Assembly (NCBI GenBank): GCA_036839005.1
Contig: DAITFD010000001.1
Coordinates: 23,766 to 82,078, forward strand
Reading direction: 5' to 3'
From: Chitinophagaceae bacterium
GTDB lineage: Bacteria > Bacteroidota > Bacteroidia > Chitinophagales > Chitinophagaceae
Length of the DNA stretch: 58,313 nucleotides
In this document: in pieces, positions 9,607-20,494 of the stretch
How positions within the stretch are numbered: position 1 is the first letter of the stretch
Layout: each line of letters begins with the position of its first letter
Position numbers and translations under genes: made by a program
Notes under the pieces: generated by a model
What the model was told of the DNA's origin: nothing
Seen by the model: the letters and a program-made list of their open reading frames with translations, nothing else
Database searches by the model: none

Positions 9607-11526
9607 ATGCGAATACTTTTATACTGTGTAGGAGCATTTTTTCTTATTATAAATAATGCCTATGCGCAACCTGCCGTATGTAAGCATTTTACAGAAGCAT
9701 CCACGTTGGAAAGCCTGCGTTCCGGCAATGTATTGCTGCAAAACCGCACCCGCGCCACGGAGCAGATGGATGTACATTTTTATGATTGTTTTTGGGAAAT
9801 GACACCTGCCGTACGCCGCGTACATTTTACAGCGTTGGATAACTTGTCATTGCTGGTGCTGGACCTGTCGGAAGCGTTAACGGTAGACAGTGTAAAGAAC
9901 GGCAACATCCAACTGGCGTTTACGCATACCCGTGATGCCGTTGAAATTTCAATGAACCGTACGGTAATGGCCGGTGAAAGAGATTCTGTTCATATTTACT
10001 ATCGAGGGGTGCCGCCTAACAATGGTTTTGGTTCCTTTGCCCAGCGTTTTCACTCAGGCGTTCCCGTGATGTGGTCGTTGAGTGAGCCGTATGGTTCCAT
10101 GGACTGGTGGCCTTGTAAGAACGGACTGAATGATAAGGCCGACAGCATCCGGGTGTCTATTCTTCATCCGTCGCAATACCGGGCTGCCAGTAACGGGATG
10201 TTACAGTTTGAAACGCCCGTGGGTACCGACCAAACCCTCACGCAATGGAAACACCGTTATCCGATTGCTACTTACCTGGTTTGCTTTGCCATCACCAACT
10301 ATACCGTGTTACAACATTCCGCCACCCTAACGAATGGAGTGCTGCCGATGTATTCTTATTGCTACCCTGAACATGTTAACTTTTTCATCGCAGAAATACA
10401 GGAGGTGCTGGATCAGTTGGTGTATTACGATCGCTGGTTTGGACCCTATCCGTTTATGAATGAGCGCTATGGGCATGTACAGTTCAGCTGGAGCGGAGGG
10501 ATGGAACATCAGACCATGTCATTTATCGGCACGCTGGATGAAACCCTGGTAGCGCACGAGCTGGTGCATCAGTGGTTTGGCAACAAGGTTACCTGCGGTT
10601 CCTGGGAAGACATTTGGCTGAATGAAGGTTTTGCTACTCACTTTTCTATTTACTGGATGGAAGAAAAGTACCCACTAACGAGGTTGCCTACACGAAGAGC
10701 GCTGATTGATAATATTACTATGGAACCCGGAGGTTCGGTAAAGGTGGATGATACCACCAGTGTTTCCAGAATTTTCTCAGCGCGGTTATCATATTACAAA
10801 GGCGCCTACCTGGTGTACATGTTGCGCTTTATGCTGGGAGAAGAAGCGTTTTTCACCGGACTGCGCAACTACCTGAATGATCCGGCGCTGGCCTATGGCT
10901 TCGCCCGTACTCCACAACTGGTGCAGCATCTCGAACGGGCGAGTGGTAAAAACCTGACCACCTTTTTCAGGCAGTGGTTCGAGGGAGAAGGATATCCCAC
11001 CTACCGGTTGCAATGGAGTAAGTATGGTTTAACCGGTGCGCGTTTTCAATTGCATCAAACCACATCGCATCCCTCCGTTTCATTTTACGAAATGCCGGTG
11101 CCCATTCAGTTTGTCAGTGGCAACCTCAGGAAAACGGTGGTGGTAGACCATCGTTTCAGCGGACAAACCTTCATTGAGCAAATCGGGTTTACGCCGGATT
11201 CTGCTTTCATAGATCCGGAGCTGTGGTTGCTGTCGGATGATAACGTGGTGGAGGAAGTAACTTATATAGTGAGCGGACCTCCTACCGTTCAGGTGTATCC
11301 CAATCCGGTAACCGGTCCTGTACAGGTAGTGCTGCAAAACTTTCAGGGAAACCAGGTGCGGGTATCGCTGTTCAATAATCTCGGCCAGCGATTGATGCAA
11401 CGCTCCGTTAGTTTGTTGAATGGCGCGGCCTTCTGGCAACCCAACCTGAACGATTTACCCGGCGGCGTGTATTATCTGGAAGTGTTTAATGCTTCAGAAA
11501 GACAGGTACATAAAATCATTAAATAG
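9607..11526 (+). CDS. M1 family aminopeptidase with T9SS type A sorting domain
   Basis: GGMEH, HELVHQWFG..VT...W..IWLNEGFA, YYKGA; C-terminal VYPNP...G.Y.L...KIIK. Confidence 0.92.
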   Translation: MRILLYCVGAFFLIINNAYAQPAVCKHFTEASTLESLRSGNVLLQNRTRATEQMDVHFYDCFWEMTPAVRRVHFTALDNLSLLVLDLSEALTVDSVKNGNIQLAFTHTRDAVEISMNRTVMAGERDSVHIYYRGVPPNNGFGSFAQRFHSGVPVMWSLSEPYGSMDWWPCKNGLNDKADSIRVSILHPSQYRAASNGMLQFETPVGTDQTLTQWKHRYPIATYLVCFAITNYTVLQHSATLTNGVLPMYSYCYPEHVNFFIAEIQEVLDQLVYYDRWFGPYPFMNERYGHVQFSWSGGMEHQTMSFIGTLDETLVAHELVHQWFGNKVTCGSWEDIWLNEGFATHFSIYWMEEKYPLTRLPTRRALIDNITMEPGGSVKVDDTTSVSRIFSARLSYYKGAYLVYMLRFMLGEEAFFTGLRNYLNDPALAYGFARTPQLVQHLERASGKNLTTFFRQWFEGEGYPTYRLQWSKYGLTGARFQLHQTTSHPSVSFYEMPVPIQFVSGNLRKTVVVDHRFSGQTFIEQIGFTPDSAFIDPELWLLSDDNVVEEVTYIVSGPPTVQVYPNPVTGPVQVVLQNFQGNQVRVSLFNNLGQRLMQRSVSLLNGAAFWQPNLNDLPGGVYYLEVFNASERQVHKIIK

Positions 11527-12284
11527 TGGCGCGTAAGAAGAGGCGGTCGGGTCCGATAATATTTACAACGTTAGTGATGTTGTCATTGATTGCGGTGGCG
11601 TTTTATTATGCACGACAGGATTTATTATCTACAAGTGTGCATTACCGTGAGTTTGGAATTGCAATCCCCAAGCGATATCATATTCACGGCATTGATGTGA
11701 GCCGTTACCAGCATAAAATACAATGGGAGGATGTGAGGGCGATGGAAGTAGAAGGCATCCGGCTGGGTTTTGCCTTTATAAAAGCTACGGAAGGACGGCG
11801 TATTAAAGACCATCATTTTAACCGCAACTGGAGAGCCGCCAGAGCCAGTGGTATGGTGCGCGGCGCGTATCATTATTTTCACCCCGCCGTTGATCCGGCA
11901 GCACAGGCTGCCCACTTCATTCAACAGGTAAAACTGAAAAAAGGAGATTTACCCCCGGTGCTGGATGTGGAAGAAACCAACGGAGTATCCAAAACTGAAT
12001 TGATTGCGGCGATGAAAGTTTGGCTCGATGCCGCAGAGCAGGCGTATGGTGTAAAGCCAATCATTTATACCGGTCCACACTTTTATGAAACCTGGCTGGA
12101 AGGGCATTTCGATGACTATCCGTTATGGATAGCACATTACGATACCCATCGCCCGCGCATTGGGCGGCAATGGCATTTCTGGCAGCACAGTGAATCAGGT
12201 AGTGTAGATGGCATTCGGGGAAAGGTGGATTTTAATGTGTTCAATGGCGACAGTGCAGCTTTCAAGCGGTTGTTGATTCGTTGA
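11526..12284 (+). CDS. GH25 family muramidase (lysozyme)
   Basis: GIDVSRYQ, FIKATEG, GAYHYF, LPPVLDVE, FWQHS, VDFNVF; N-terminal TM anchor. Confidence 0.93.
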   Translation: MARKKRRSGPIIFTTLVMLSLIAVAFYYARQDLLSTSVHYREFGIAIPKRYHIHGIDVSRYQHKIQWEDVRAMEVEGIRLGFAFIKATEGRRIKDHHFNRNWRAARASGMVRGAYHYFHPAVDPAAQAAHFIQQVKLKKGDLPPVLDVEETNGVSKTELIAAMKVWLDAAEQAYGVKPIIYTGPHFYETWLEGHFDDYPLWIAHYDTHRPRIGRQWHFWQHSESGSVDGIRGKVDFNVFNGDSAAFKRLLIR

Positions 12285-12343
12285 TCAGCAGGGGGTATGG
12301 ATGTGTATTATTCAGTATTCCTTATCTGTTATAACTTTACTTC

Positions 12344-12559
12344 ATGTCTGATATTCAGAACACGCGAATGTTTTTAATGCGCATTGCACAGTCTATTGGC
12401 ATGGGCCTGCTGTGGATGATATTTCAAATGGGCTGGGGGATGTACTTTGAATGGGCTTATATCGGCTCCGTACCGGCATGGATGAACGGAGTGTTTTATG
12501 TTCAGTTTGTGATCACCGCCTGGTGGGTGGTTCGCTACATCCGCAATAAATGGAAATAA
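12344..12559 (+). CDS. Small 2-TM hypothetical membrane protein
   Basis: Two hydrophobic helices and a basic C-terminus; TAACTTTA box 4 nt before the ATG. Confidence 0.65.
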   Translation: MSDIQNTRMFLMRIAQSIGMGLLWMIFQMGWGMYFEWAYIGSVPAWMNGVFYVQFVITAWWVVRYIRNKWK

Positions 12560-12560
12560 G

Positions 12561-12983
12561 TTAGCTGCTGTGGTCGGAAATAATCAGCCACCGGCCATTG
12601 ATTTTTTTGAATACCAGGGTGAAGTGTCCGCTCAAATCTCCTGCAGTGCGTTTCAACATCCATTTTCCCGTTACATAACGGTAATGCTTACCTGTTTTTT
12701 GTATGTGTATGATGGTGAACTGCAGTTTGCCCATGGCCGCTGCATCCGGATAGCTTTTTTGATAACGGCTCAGGGTGTTGTTCCAGCCGTAGGTAATGCC
12801 GGTTTTCCCAATGAATGCGAGGGAATCGTTTTTCCAATAAGGTTCCATGAAGGCTTCCAGGTTGCCGCTGTTCCAGGCCATCACCTGTTCATCCATGATG
12901 GAACGAATTACCGTCTCCGCATTTTGTGCGCGGGTGGTAAAAGTTGTAGCAGCAAACAACAGGATCAGCAGGAAATATTTCAT
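12561..12983 (-). CDS. NTF2-like (DUF4440/SnoaL-type) secreted protein
   Basis: Signal peptide; AWN.G.LE.FM..YW, Y...YP....MG.L.F, G.FTL...KI.G.W.I..DHSS. Confidence 0.85.
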   Translation of the reverse strand: MKYFLLILLFAATTFTTRAQNAETVIRSIMDEQVMAWNSGNLEAFMEPYWKNDSLAFIGKTGITYGWNNTLSRYQKSYPDAAAMGKLQFTIIHIQKTGKHYRYVTGKWMLKRTAGDLSGHFTLVFKKINGRWLIISDHSS

Positions 12984-12991
12984 CCTTAAAG

Positions 12992-13381
12992 TTAATGCTT
13001 ATGGTGCTCAGATGTGCAAACACTTTTATGGCACAGGCGGTAATTCATCCAGTGTGCCGCAATAATAAATGGTACGGCCAGGATTAAAAAGAGTGTTTGC
13101 TGATCGTGCAGCAATTGTTTGGTGATGAGCAACAATGCCCCGGTAGCAAAGAGGATAAATGGCAATAGTCTCCGGTGGTGTTTAATAAACCCGTGATACA
13201 GAGAGTACACTCCAATGCCAATGGCGAGGAAAATCATACCCCACTCAAAATACGGGTCGTGTATTAAATCTATTCCCAGTATAGGTAAACTGGTTAAAAT
13301 CAACGGGAGTACCGCACAATGTATGGCACACAGCAACGAGGCCGCTACGCCTACACCGTCCCAGTTCACTTTTAATTTCAT
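12992..13381 (-). CDS. MerC domain-containing membrane protein
   Basis: D..G..AS.LCAIHC..LP motif, 4 TM, His-rich C-terminus (CTSEHHKH). Confidence 0.85.
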   Translation of the reverse strand: MKLKVNWDGVGVAASLLCAIHCAVLPLILTSLPILGIDLIHDPYFEWGMIFLAIGIGVYSLYHGFIKHHRRLLPFILFATGALLLITKQLLHDQQTLFLILAVPFIIAAHWMNYRLCHKSVCTSEHHKH

Positions 13382-13403
13382 CGTGCGCAAAGATAATCTT
13401 AAA

Positions 13404-13422
13404 TTTGCAATATTGTTGCAAA
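13404..13422. promoter_or_regulatory. Palindromic operator TTTGCAA-TATTG-TTGCAAA (putative Fur/Zur-family box) in the merC/SCO divergent region
   Basis: Perfect 7-bp inverted repeat; 17/19 identical copy at 39029-39047. Confidence 0.6.
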
Positions 13423-13485
13423 ATAATGAGGCAGATTTTTACTGCCCGTTGGGATGCAGTACCTTTGTGCGAATTGTATATACTC

Positions 13486-14208
13486 ATGAATAAGCTTACT
13501 TTTTACCTGATATTTTTTACCGTGTTGGTGGCCGGTTTTCTTTTTTTCGCCTTGCGCGGATATGATTTTTCCAGATCGAAGCTGGCTGTTATCAACTCCG
13601 AAATACCGGAGTTCAGTTTTGTAAATCAAAATAACAAGCCCATTACCAAAAAGCAGGTGGAAGGCAAAGTGTATGTAGCCGAGTATTTTTTTACTACGTG
13701 CAAGGGTATTTGTCCGAAAATGAATGCCAATATGCGCAGGGTGTACGACACATATAAAAATGAAGAGCAATTCCTGATTGTATCGCATACCTGTATGCCT
13801 GAAACCGACAGTATTCCGTTGCTGAAGGCATATGAAAAACAAATGATCCAGGGCAAGTTGTTGCGCAAGGATGACGGCTCCTACACCTTCGGTGAGTTGA
13901 TGCCGCAAACCCCCGACACTAATAAAAACTGGCACTTTGTAACCGGCGAAAAGGAGCAACTGTATTTTCTGGCCAGGAAAGGATATATGATTGACAACGG
14001 CAAGCCTGATACCACACAACACATCGATGATCAGTTCATTCACACTCAGTTTTTTGCACTGGTGGATAAAATGGGACGCGTGCGGGGTATATACGACGGA
14101 CTCATCAGTGATGAAGTGGATAAGATGATGCTCGACATCCGTGAGCTGCTGAACGAAAAAGTAACCTCCACCCGTTTTGTGGGCGGATTCAACAATAACC
14201 CTTCGTGA
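13486..14208 (+). CDS. SCO family copper chaperone
   Basis: N-terminal TM, FFTTCKGICP (CxxxCP), WHFVTG, FIHT..FALVD..GRVRG.YDG. Confidence 0.92.
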   Translation: MNKLTFYLIFFTVLVAGFLFFALRGYDFSRSKLAVINSEIPEFSFVNQNNKPITKKQVEGKVYVAEYFFTTCKGICPKMNANMRRVYDTYKNEEQFLIVSHTCMPETDSIPLLKAYEKQMIQGKLLRKDDGSYTFGELMPQTPDTNKNWHFVTGEKEQLYFLARKGYMIDNGKPDTTQHIDDQFIHTQFFALVDKMGRVRGIYDGLISDEVDKMMLDIRELLNEKVTSTRFVGGFNNNPS

Positions 14209-14618
14209 TGAATGCGCAAGACCTTTTAAAGAAATATCAGTTAAGCGTAACCGACAGCCGCCTGAGTGTGTTGCATATTTTTATGCAGTCTGGCGGAGCC
14301 TTATCGCACAGTGATATTGAAGGCAGACTGAAAGGGCTGCATGACAGGGTAACGGTATACCGTACACTACAAACATTTGCCGATAAGGGAATCATCCATC
14401 AGATTCCTACTACGGATAATGCCGTGCTGTACGCCTTGTGTAAGGAAGATTGTGCCGGCGGACATCATCATGATAACCATGTCCATTTTTTATGTACCGA
14501 ATGCGAGATTACTACCTGCCTCGATGACGTAATGGTGCCCACGGTAAAGCTGCCGCGCGGCTTCAGGCAGAATGATGTGAAAATGGTGGTAACCGGTGTG
14601 TGTAAATTATGCAAGTGA
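14208..14618 (+). CDS. Fur/Zur family transcriptional regulator
   Basis: T..R..VL, DRVTVYRTL..F...G, HHHDNHVHF.C..C, C-terminal G.C..C. Confidence 0.92.
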   Translation: MNAQDLLKKYQLSVTDSRLSVLHIFMQSGGALSHSDIEGRLKGLHDRVTVYRTLQTFADKGIIHQIPTTDNAVLYALCKEDCAGGHHHDNHVHFLCTECEITTCLDDVMVPTVKLPRGFRQNDVKMVVTGVCKLCK

Positions 14619-16337
14619 GGCGCAGGCATCCAGCTCCTGTTTCACAAAATCCATTAACACCTTAATTTTCTCCGGCGAAAAATCGAATTCAAGTCCGGCA
14701 GCCCTGTACAGTTCCGGTAATGTTTTTGTAGCACCTAATTGCAGGGCGTTGCAATAATTTTCTATCGCTGCTTCCGGATTGTTTTTGTACTGCATCCATA
14801 AGCCAATAGCGCCTAATTGCGCAATGCCATACTCAATGTAATAAAACGGTACTTCAAATAAATGCAGCTGCCGTAACCATGCATTGGCACGATACGTTTC
14901 CAGTCCGCTGTAATCGGTTACCCCATCATCAAAATTGTTCAATATCTGAACCCAGGCCGCCGTGCGCTCTTCGTTGGTATGGCCGGGGTGGCTGTAGATC
15001 CAGTGCTGGAAGGCATCAATTATGGCAATCCAGGGAAACAGGGTAATCACGCGTTCCAGTTGATGCTGTTTGGCCCGCTGCAAACTTTTGGCATCGTCAA
15101 AAAATGTATGCCAGTGATCCATGCTGAATAATTCCATCGCCATGCTGGCCACTTCGGCAATTTCCATGGGATACTCCTTAAAGCCGGTGAGGGGCAGCGG
15201 GTGTGCCAGAAAGGAATGTATGGCGTGTCCGCCTTCATGCACCATGGTAGTAACATCATTCATCTGCCCGGCGGCATTCATGAAAATAAAGGGAGCACCG
15301 GATTCGGGTAGCGGACAATTATATCCGCCGGGGGCTTTTCCTTTTCTACTTTCCAGATCGAGGTGGCCCATATCCTGCATGGTGCTCAAACAATCTGCGA
15401 AGAAAGGGTTCATATTACTGAAACAGGAAATGGTTTTCTGCAACAAATCTGTTCCGTTGGTGAAAGGGCGCAGTGGAGGTATTCCCTGAGGTTCAGCATC
15501 CAGGTCCCACGGCCGCAGGGTGTCAACCTGTAATGTTTCTTTTTTCTGAAGGTGTATCTGTTTGACTAATGGCAGTACATGCTGCTTTACGGCTTCATGA
15601 AATGAAAAGCAATCAGCCGGAGTATAATCGAAACGGCCTAACTCCCGGAAGCGGTATTCGGTGTAAGAAGCAAAGCCTGCATTGCGTGCCTGCTGAACAC
15701 GAATGTTCATCAGTTTGTTGAATAAATCATTCAGGGCTTCACGGTCCTGCAACCGGCGCTGCTGAATTTTATGATACACGGTTTCACGCACCTGCCGGTC
15801 GGGGTGCTCAAGAAATTGCGCGGCCTGCTGCATCGTGTATTCCTTCCCGTTATGCTCAATACTCATGGCACCGGTAATTTGTCCGTACTGCTGTTGCAAC
15901 ACACTGGCTTCGGCCTGCAAGGGAATATTTTCTTCGCGGAAGAGTTCGATGTTTTTGCGGATGTTCCTTAGATATGGCCCGTACTGGCTGGCATCGAGCG
16001 CCTCAACGAACGGGTTCTCCATCAGTTTCTTATTCAGCGCATCGGTGTAGGGTTGCAGCGGGGGTAAGATGTTGAGGCAGTAAAAATTAAAGTCCTCTTC
16101 CAGCTTTTTGTTTTCGGTATCACACGTCATTCGAATCTGCCTCCAGCAACCATCTTCATTCACAGCAGCCTCCAGTTCACTCAGGTCTTTCAACCATTGT
16201 TCCAGGGCTTCCTTTGATTCCAGTGGCCTTTCCAGCAGTTCCTTGCAGTAAGGTTCCAGTGCAGGCCAGTCGGTTACGGTAAAATCGGCAGGCAAAAAAT
16301 GCCTTTCAGCCTTTTCAATCCGGGCAGTATATTTCAT
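14607..16337 (-). CDS. M3 family oligoendopeptidase (PepF-like)
   Basis: RKGKAPGGY, HEGGHAIH zinc motif, EIAEVASM, HLFEVPFYYIEY. Confidence 0.93.
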   Translation of the reverse strand: MKYTARIEKAERHFLPADFTVTDWPALEPYCKELLERPLESKEALEQWLKDLSELEAAVNEDGCWRQIRMTCDTENKKLEEDFNFYCLNILPPLQPYTDALNKKLMENPFVEALDASQYGPYLRNIRKNIELFREENIPLQAEASVLQQQYGQITGAMSIEHNGKEYTMQQAAQFLEHPDRQVRETVYHKIQQRRLQDREALNDLFNKLMNIRVQQARNAGFASYTEYRFRELGRFDYTPADCFSFHEAVKQHVLPLVKQIHLQKKETLQVDTLRPWDLDAEPQGIPPLRPFTNGTDLLQKTISCFSNMNPFFADCLSTMQDMGHLDLESRKGKAPGGYNCPLPESGAPFIFMNAAGQMNDVTTMVHEGGHAIHSFLAHPLPLTGFKEYPMEIAEVASMAMELFSMDHWHTFFDDAKSLQRAKQHQLERVITLFPWIAIIDAFQHWIYSHPGHTNEERTAAWVQILNNFDDGVTDYSGLETYRANAWLRQLHLFEVPFYYIEYGIAQLGAIGLWMQYKNNPEAAIENYCNALQLGATKTLPELYRAAGLEFDFSPEKIKVLMDFVKQELDACASLA

Positions 16338-16371
16338 AAACGTGGGATGAGATCTAACCTATTGGAACAGC

Positions 16372-16902
16372 TTATGCCATCTTTCTGGGGGCATTCACTT
16401 TTTTAGCCGGGGCATTTTTCACCGCTGCGGCTTTGGGTTGTGCCACTGCTTTGGGAGCAGTTGTTTTTTCACCGGTAGCTTCTGCATCAGCATCTGCAGG
16501 GTGTTCCGACAGTTCAATTTTAATCTTATGTTCGTTCAGGGTATGGAACCAGCGAATCATTTTTTTCATGTCGCTCGCATACACCCTTTCGAAATCCATA
16601 TCAGTATACACTTTTTCGAAATAAGCTTTCAGGGTAGCGGTATCCGCCTGGTGAGCAGGAACGGTTTCCTTGCTGGCGGCCATCGCCTGAAAAATATCTA
16701 CGAGGTTTACATTGTCTTTTACTGTATAAATTTCAATGCTTTCCAGGTGGGAAAAATGATGCACCCGGTTACTCACAAACTTTGTGGTTTTATCTTCCAG
16801 CGAACGAACAATACCTCCATCCGCTTTAGTGCTTATCAATTCAAATAATCCGCCCATGCCGGATATGGATACCAATTTGTTATACGTCATTTCTGTGCTC
16901 AT
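16372..16902 (-). CDS. DUF5606 family protein
   Basis: LVSISGMGGLF, L..I.IYT, DFERVYASDMKK...W; Ala/Lys-rich tail. Confidence 0.8.
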   Translation of the reverse strand: MSTEMTYNKLVSISGMGGLFELISTKADGGIVRSLEDKTTKFVSNRVHHFSHLESIEIYTVKDNVNLVDIFQAMAASKETVPAHQADTATLKAYFEKVYTDMDFERVYASDMKKMIRWFHTLNEHKIKIELSEHPADADAEATGEKTTAPKAVAQPKAAAVKNAPAKKVNAPRKMA

Positions 16903-17037
16903 TTAATGTTGCAAGATAATTGGATTTGAGTAAACATTTTTAGGTTGGTTGAAGTTGTTAAGGTTTTCTAAATGTTCAGCAGGCAGCGAAGGATACAAAG
17001 TCCGGAATCGTCTAATGGGATATCTGAAAAATTTTTT

Positions 17038-19888
17038 ATGAAGCACTGGATTGTTTTTTTAATTGTAACTACTTTATTATCAACTACTTTACAGGCACAA
17101 ACCGGTGCCATTCTGGGAACGGTTACCAACGACAAGAAGATGCCGCTGGCGGGTGCCACGGTAACCCTGATGAAGCAATCAGACAGTACCCTGGTTAAAA
17201 ATGCGGTAACCGGAGCTCAGGGTAACTTCCGGTTAAGTCAGTTACCGGCCGATAGTTTTATTGTGTCGGTTACTTCGGTGGGATATCGCCAGTACATTTC
17301 ATTTGTTACGCTGGCGGAGGCGGAGGAATACGAGCTGGGTGATTTGGTGATGGCCGGTCAGGATACAGACCTGGGCGAAGTGGTGCTGGTGGCTAAAGTG
17401 CCGCCGGTGGTACAACGCGGTGATACGGCTCAGTACAATGCCAGCCAGTTTAAAGTAAATCCGGATGCGAATGCCGAAGACCTTATTAAAAAAATGCCGG
17501 GTATCACCGTAGATCGTTCGGGAACAGTAACGGCTCAGGGTGAGCAGGTGCGTTCAGTAACGGTAGACGGTAAACGCTTTTTTGGAGATGATGCCACCGC
17601 GGCATTGAAAAACCTGCCTGCAGAAATTATTGATAAAATTCAGGTGTTCGACCGGCTGAGTGATCAGGCGCAGTTCACAGGATTTGATGATGGAAGCGGC
17701 CAGCGATCTATCAATATTGTAACCAAAACCGGTACGCGGAACGGCCAGTTTGGCCGCGTGTATGCGGGATACGGAACCGACAACCGTTATGCAGCCGGAG
17801 GAAATGTGAGCTTTTTTAAAGGCAACCGCCGCATATCCATTGCCGGTTTGTTCAACAATGTGAACCAACAAAACTTTTCCTCAGAAGATCTGTTAGGCAT
17901 TACCGGTAGTGGAGGTGGTGGAAGAAGAGGTGGCCGTGGCGGTGGAGGATCCAACAACTTCCTGATTGGGCAAGCCAATGGAGTGAGTACCACCAACGCA
18001 TTGGGCATTAACTACTCCGATATGTGGAGCAAGAAAACAGAAGTAACAGGAAGTGTTTTTCTTAATCAATCCAACACAGATAATAACGAAAGATCAAACG
18101 CCCAGTATTTTCTGCAGGATTCAGCCATTCAATATTACGATGAGTTGAATTTTTCTGATGCCGACAATTTCAACAACCGCGCCAGCCTGCGGATTGAGCA
18201 CAAAATTGATTCGAACAATTCATTAATATTTAGTCCTTCTTTTAGCTTCCAAAACAGCGATCAGGCAACGAATGTGAATGGAGTACGTTTTTATACAGCC
18301 AGCGATTTACTTAGCCGCACCCTGTTTTCCACTACAGCCATGAGCAATGGTTTTAATTCAAACAATAACCTGTTGTGGCGACACGGTTTCGCCAAGAAGG
18401 GGCGCACATTATCTGTTAACCTCTCAGCAGGCTTCAATAAGCGCACGGGTGAACGTTACCTCGAATCGGTGAATGAATACTTTAATTCATTACAGGAAAA
18501 TGATACCATCAAACAGTTTACGGATCAGTACACTCGTGGGAATAATTTCGGAGCCAACATTTCATACACCGAGCCGGTAGGTAAGAAAGGACAGTTACAG
18601 TTTTCTTACAACCCATCTGTTAGTAAAACCACTTCCGATCAGGAAGTATTCCAGTTTGATTATGTGGGCAATAAGTACAACAAATTCGATACTTCATTGT
18701 CTAATGTGTTCGACAATCGTGTGGTTACACATACTACCGGCGTGAATTACCGCCGGGGCGATCGGGATAATATGATATCTGTAGGATTGAATTACAGAAA
18801 TACCAATTTGTACAGCGTCAGCCACCGTGGTGGATCAGTCGTTCAACAATATTCTGCCTTTTGCCATGTTCCGGAAAAAATTCAATGCGCGGGAAAACAT
18901 CCGGTTGTTCTACAGAGGAAGTACCTCTACTCCTTCCATCAATCAGTTGCAGAATGTGGTAGACAACAGCAATCCGTTGTTCCTGAGAACCGGTAATCCG
19001 GATTTGCAACAATCGTACAGCCATACGATGAGTATACGATACACCTACACCAATACACAGAAGGGAAGCAGTTTTTTTGCCAATATCTATTTACAGCAAT
19101 CTGACGATTACATTGGTCAGGCCAGCTTTGTAGCTACGGCTGATTCAGCGTTGGGAAATAATATCATCCTGTATCGTGGGGCTCAGTTATCGAAGCCGGT
19201 GAATATGGATGGTTATGTGAGCGCGCGTTCATTCCTCACATTTGGCACACCACTGAAGTTTATGAAATCAAATCTGAACGTAAACGGTGGAGTGAGCTGG
19301 GCCAAAACACCGGGAATTGTAAACAACATCCGCAGTGTGTCTGATAATTACACATATTCTGGAGGTTTGGTGGTGTCGAGCAACATCAGTGAGTATGTTG
19401 ATTTCAATGTGTCGTATAATGCCAATTATAATGTGGTGAAGAATACAGTGCAACCCCTGCTGAATAATGAGTTTCTGTTTCAGTCTACCGGTGCGCAGTT
19501 AAATCTGTTATCCAAAAACGGATGGTTTATACAGCAGGATGTGAGCAATCAAAGAATCAGCGGGTTGAGTGAAGGCTTTAATCAGAATTACTGGTTGTGG
19601 AATGCGGCGATAGGAAAGAAGTTTCTGAAAGATCAGGCCGGTGAGTTGAAGTTGTCTGTGTTTGATTTACTAAAGCAGAACCAGAGTATCAGTCGTTCGG
19701 TTACGGAGAGTTATGTGGAGGATGTATCGAACAGTGTGCTCACACAGTACTTTATGGTAACATTCTCTTATCGTTTGAGAAACTTTGGCAAGGTGCCGGT
19801 TCAAACGAGAGGTAATGAGGAGGGAGGTATGCGTGGCCCGGGCGGGCAAAGGGGTCCGGGTGGACAAGGAGGATTCCGTCCGTTTTAG
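17038..19888 (+). pseudogene. TonB-dependent-receptor-like outer membrane beta-barrel protein, split by a frameshift near 18791-18826
   Basis: ORF to 18996 has a signal peptide, a carboxypeptidase-regulatory-like domain and GDT..YNA..FK..P.A..EDL.KKMPG. The ORF from 18827 continues the barrel (GNPDL, KLSVFDLL.QN, QYFMVTFSY). Could be an assembly error. Confidence 0.8.
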
Positions 19889-19918
19889 TTACTTTACAGC
19901 CAACAAAATTTTTCCTGC

Positions 19919-20491
19919 TTGGCAAATACGGACGATGATATCAGCCGCTGGCATGCCGCTAACCCCGGTGTGTTTGAGTCGTGGGTGAATACCTGGCAGG
20001 ATATAGTGTATAACACCGCCCTGAGTGTGCTGATGCATGAAACGGATGCAGAAGATGTAGCGCAGGATGTTTTTGTGTCGCTGTATAAAAACAGTCATAC
20101 GTTTCGGGGAGAGTCGGCCATATCTACCTGGTTGTACCGGGTAACGGTGAACCGGTGTACCGATTTGCTGAGACAGCGTAACAGGGGAAAAAAATGGTGG
20201 GGAAAAAGAGAGGAGGTACCGGTAGCCGAAGATTGGATAACGTTTGAACATCCCGGGGTGCTGGCAGAGCACAAAGACCATGCAGTGGTGCTGTTCAATG
20301 CCATCCGGAAGTTACCCGATCATCAGCGAACCGCATTTGTACTGAATAAAGTAGAAGGATTGCGCATTGTTGAAATAGCTGACATTATGAAGCGCTCTCC
20401 GGCCAGTGTGGAATCGCTGTTGAGCAGGGCCAATCAAAACCTGAGGCAATGGCTCAAAAAATATTATGAAGCACAAGTAAACACGCAGTAA
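19919..20491 (+). CDS. ECF RNA polymerase sigma factor
   Basis: DAEDVAQDVF, F.GES..STWLYR...N; region 4 LP..QR.AFVL...EGL...EIA.IM..S..SVESLL.RA. Confidence 0.92.
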   Translation: MANTDDDISRWHAANPGVFESWVNTWQDIVYNTALSVLMHETDAEDVAQDVFVSLYKNSHTFRGESAISTWLYRVTVNRCTDLLRQRNRGKKWWGKREEVPVAEDWITFEHPGVLAEHKDHAVVLFNAIRKLPDHQRTAFVLNKVEGLRIVEIADIMKRSPASVESLLSRANQNLRQWLKKYYEAQVNTQ

Positions 20492-20494
20492 GGT

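Noticed and set aside
11526..12559. GH25 lysozyme plus small TM protein as a prophage endolysin-holin cassette
   Set aside because: No phage genes nearby; the GH25 has an N-terminal membrane anchor and is coupled to a housekeeping peptidase
12992..13381. Mercury resistance operon
   Set aside because: Only a MerC-like domain; no merA, merR, merP or merT
17905..17950. GGT/GGA-rich low-complexity stretch (also 19820-19875)
   Set aside because: Encodes Gly/Arg-rich loops usual in this outer-membrane protein family; not a separate repeat element
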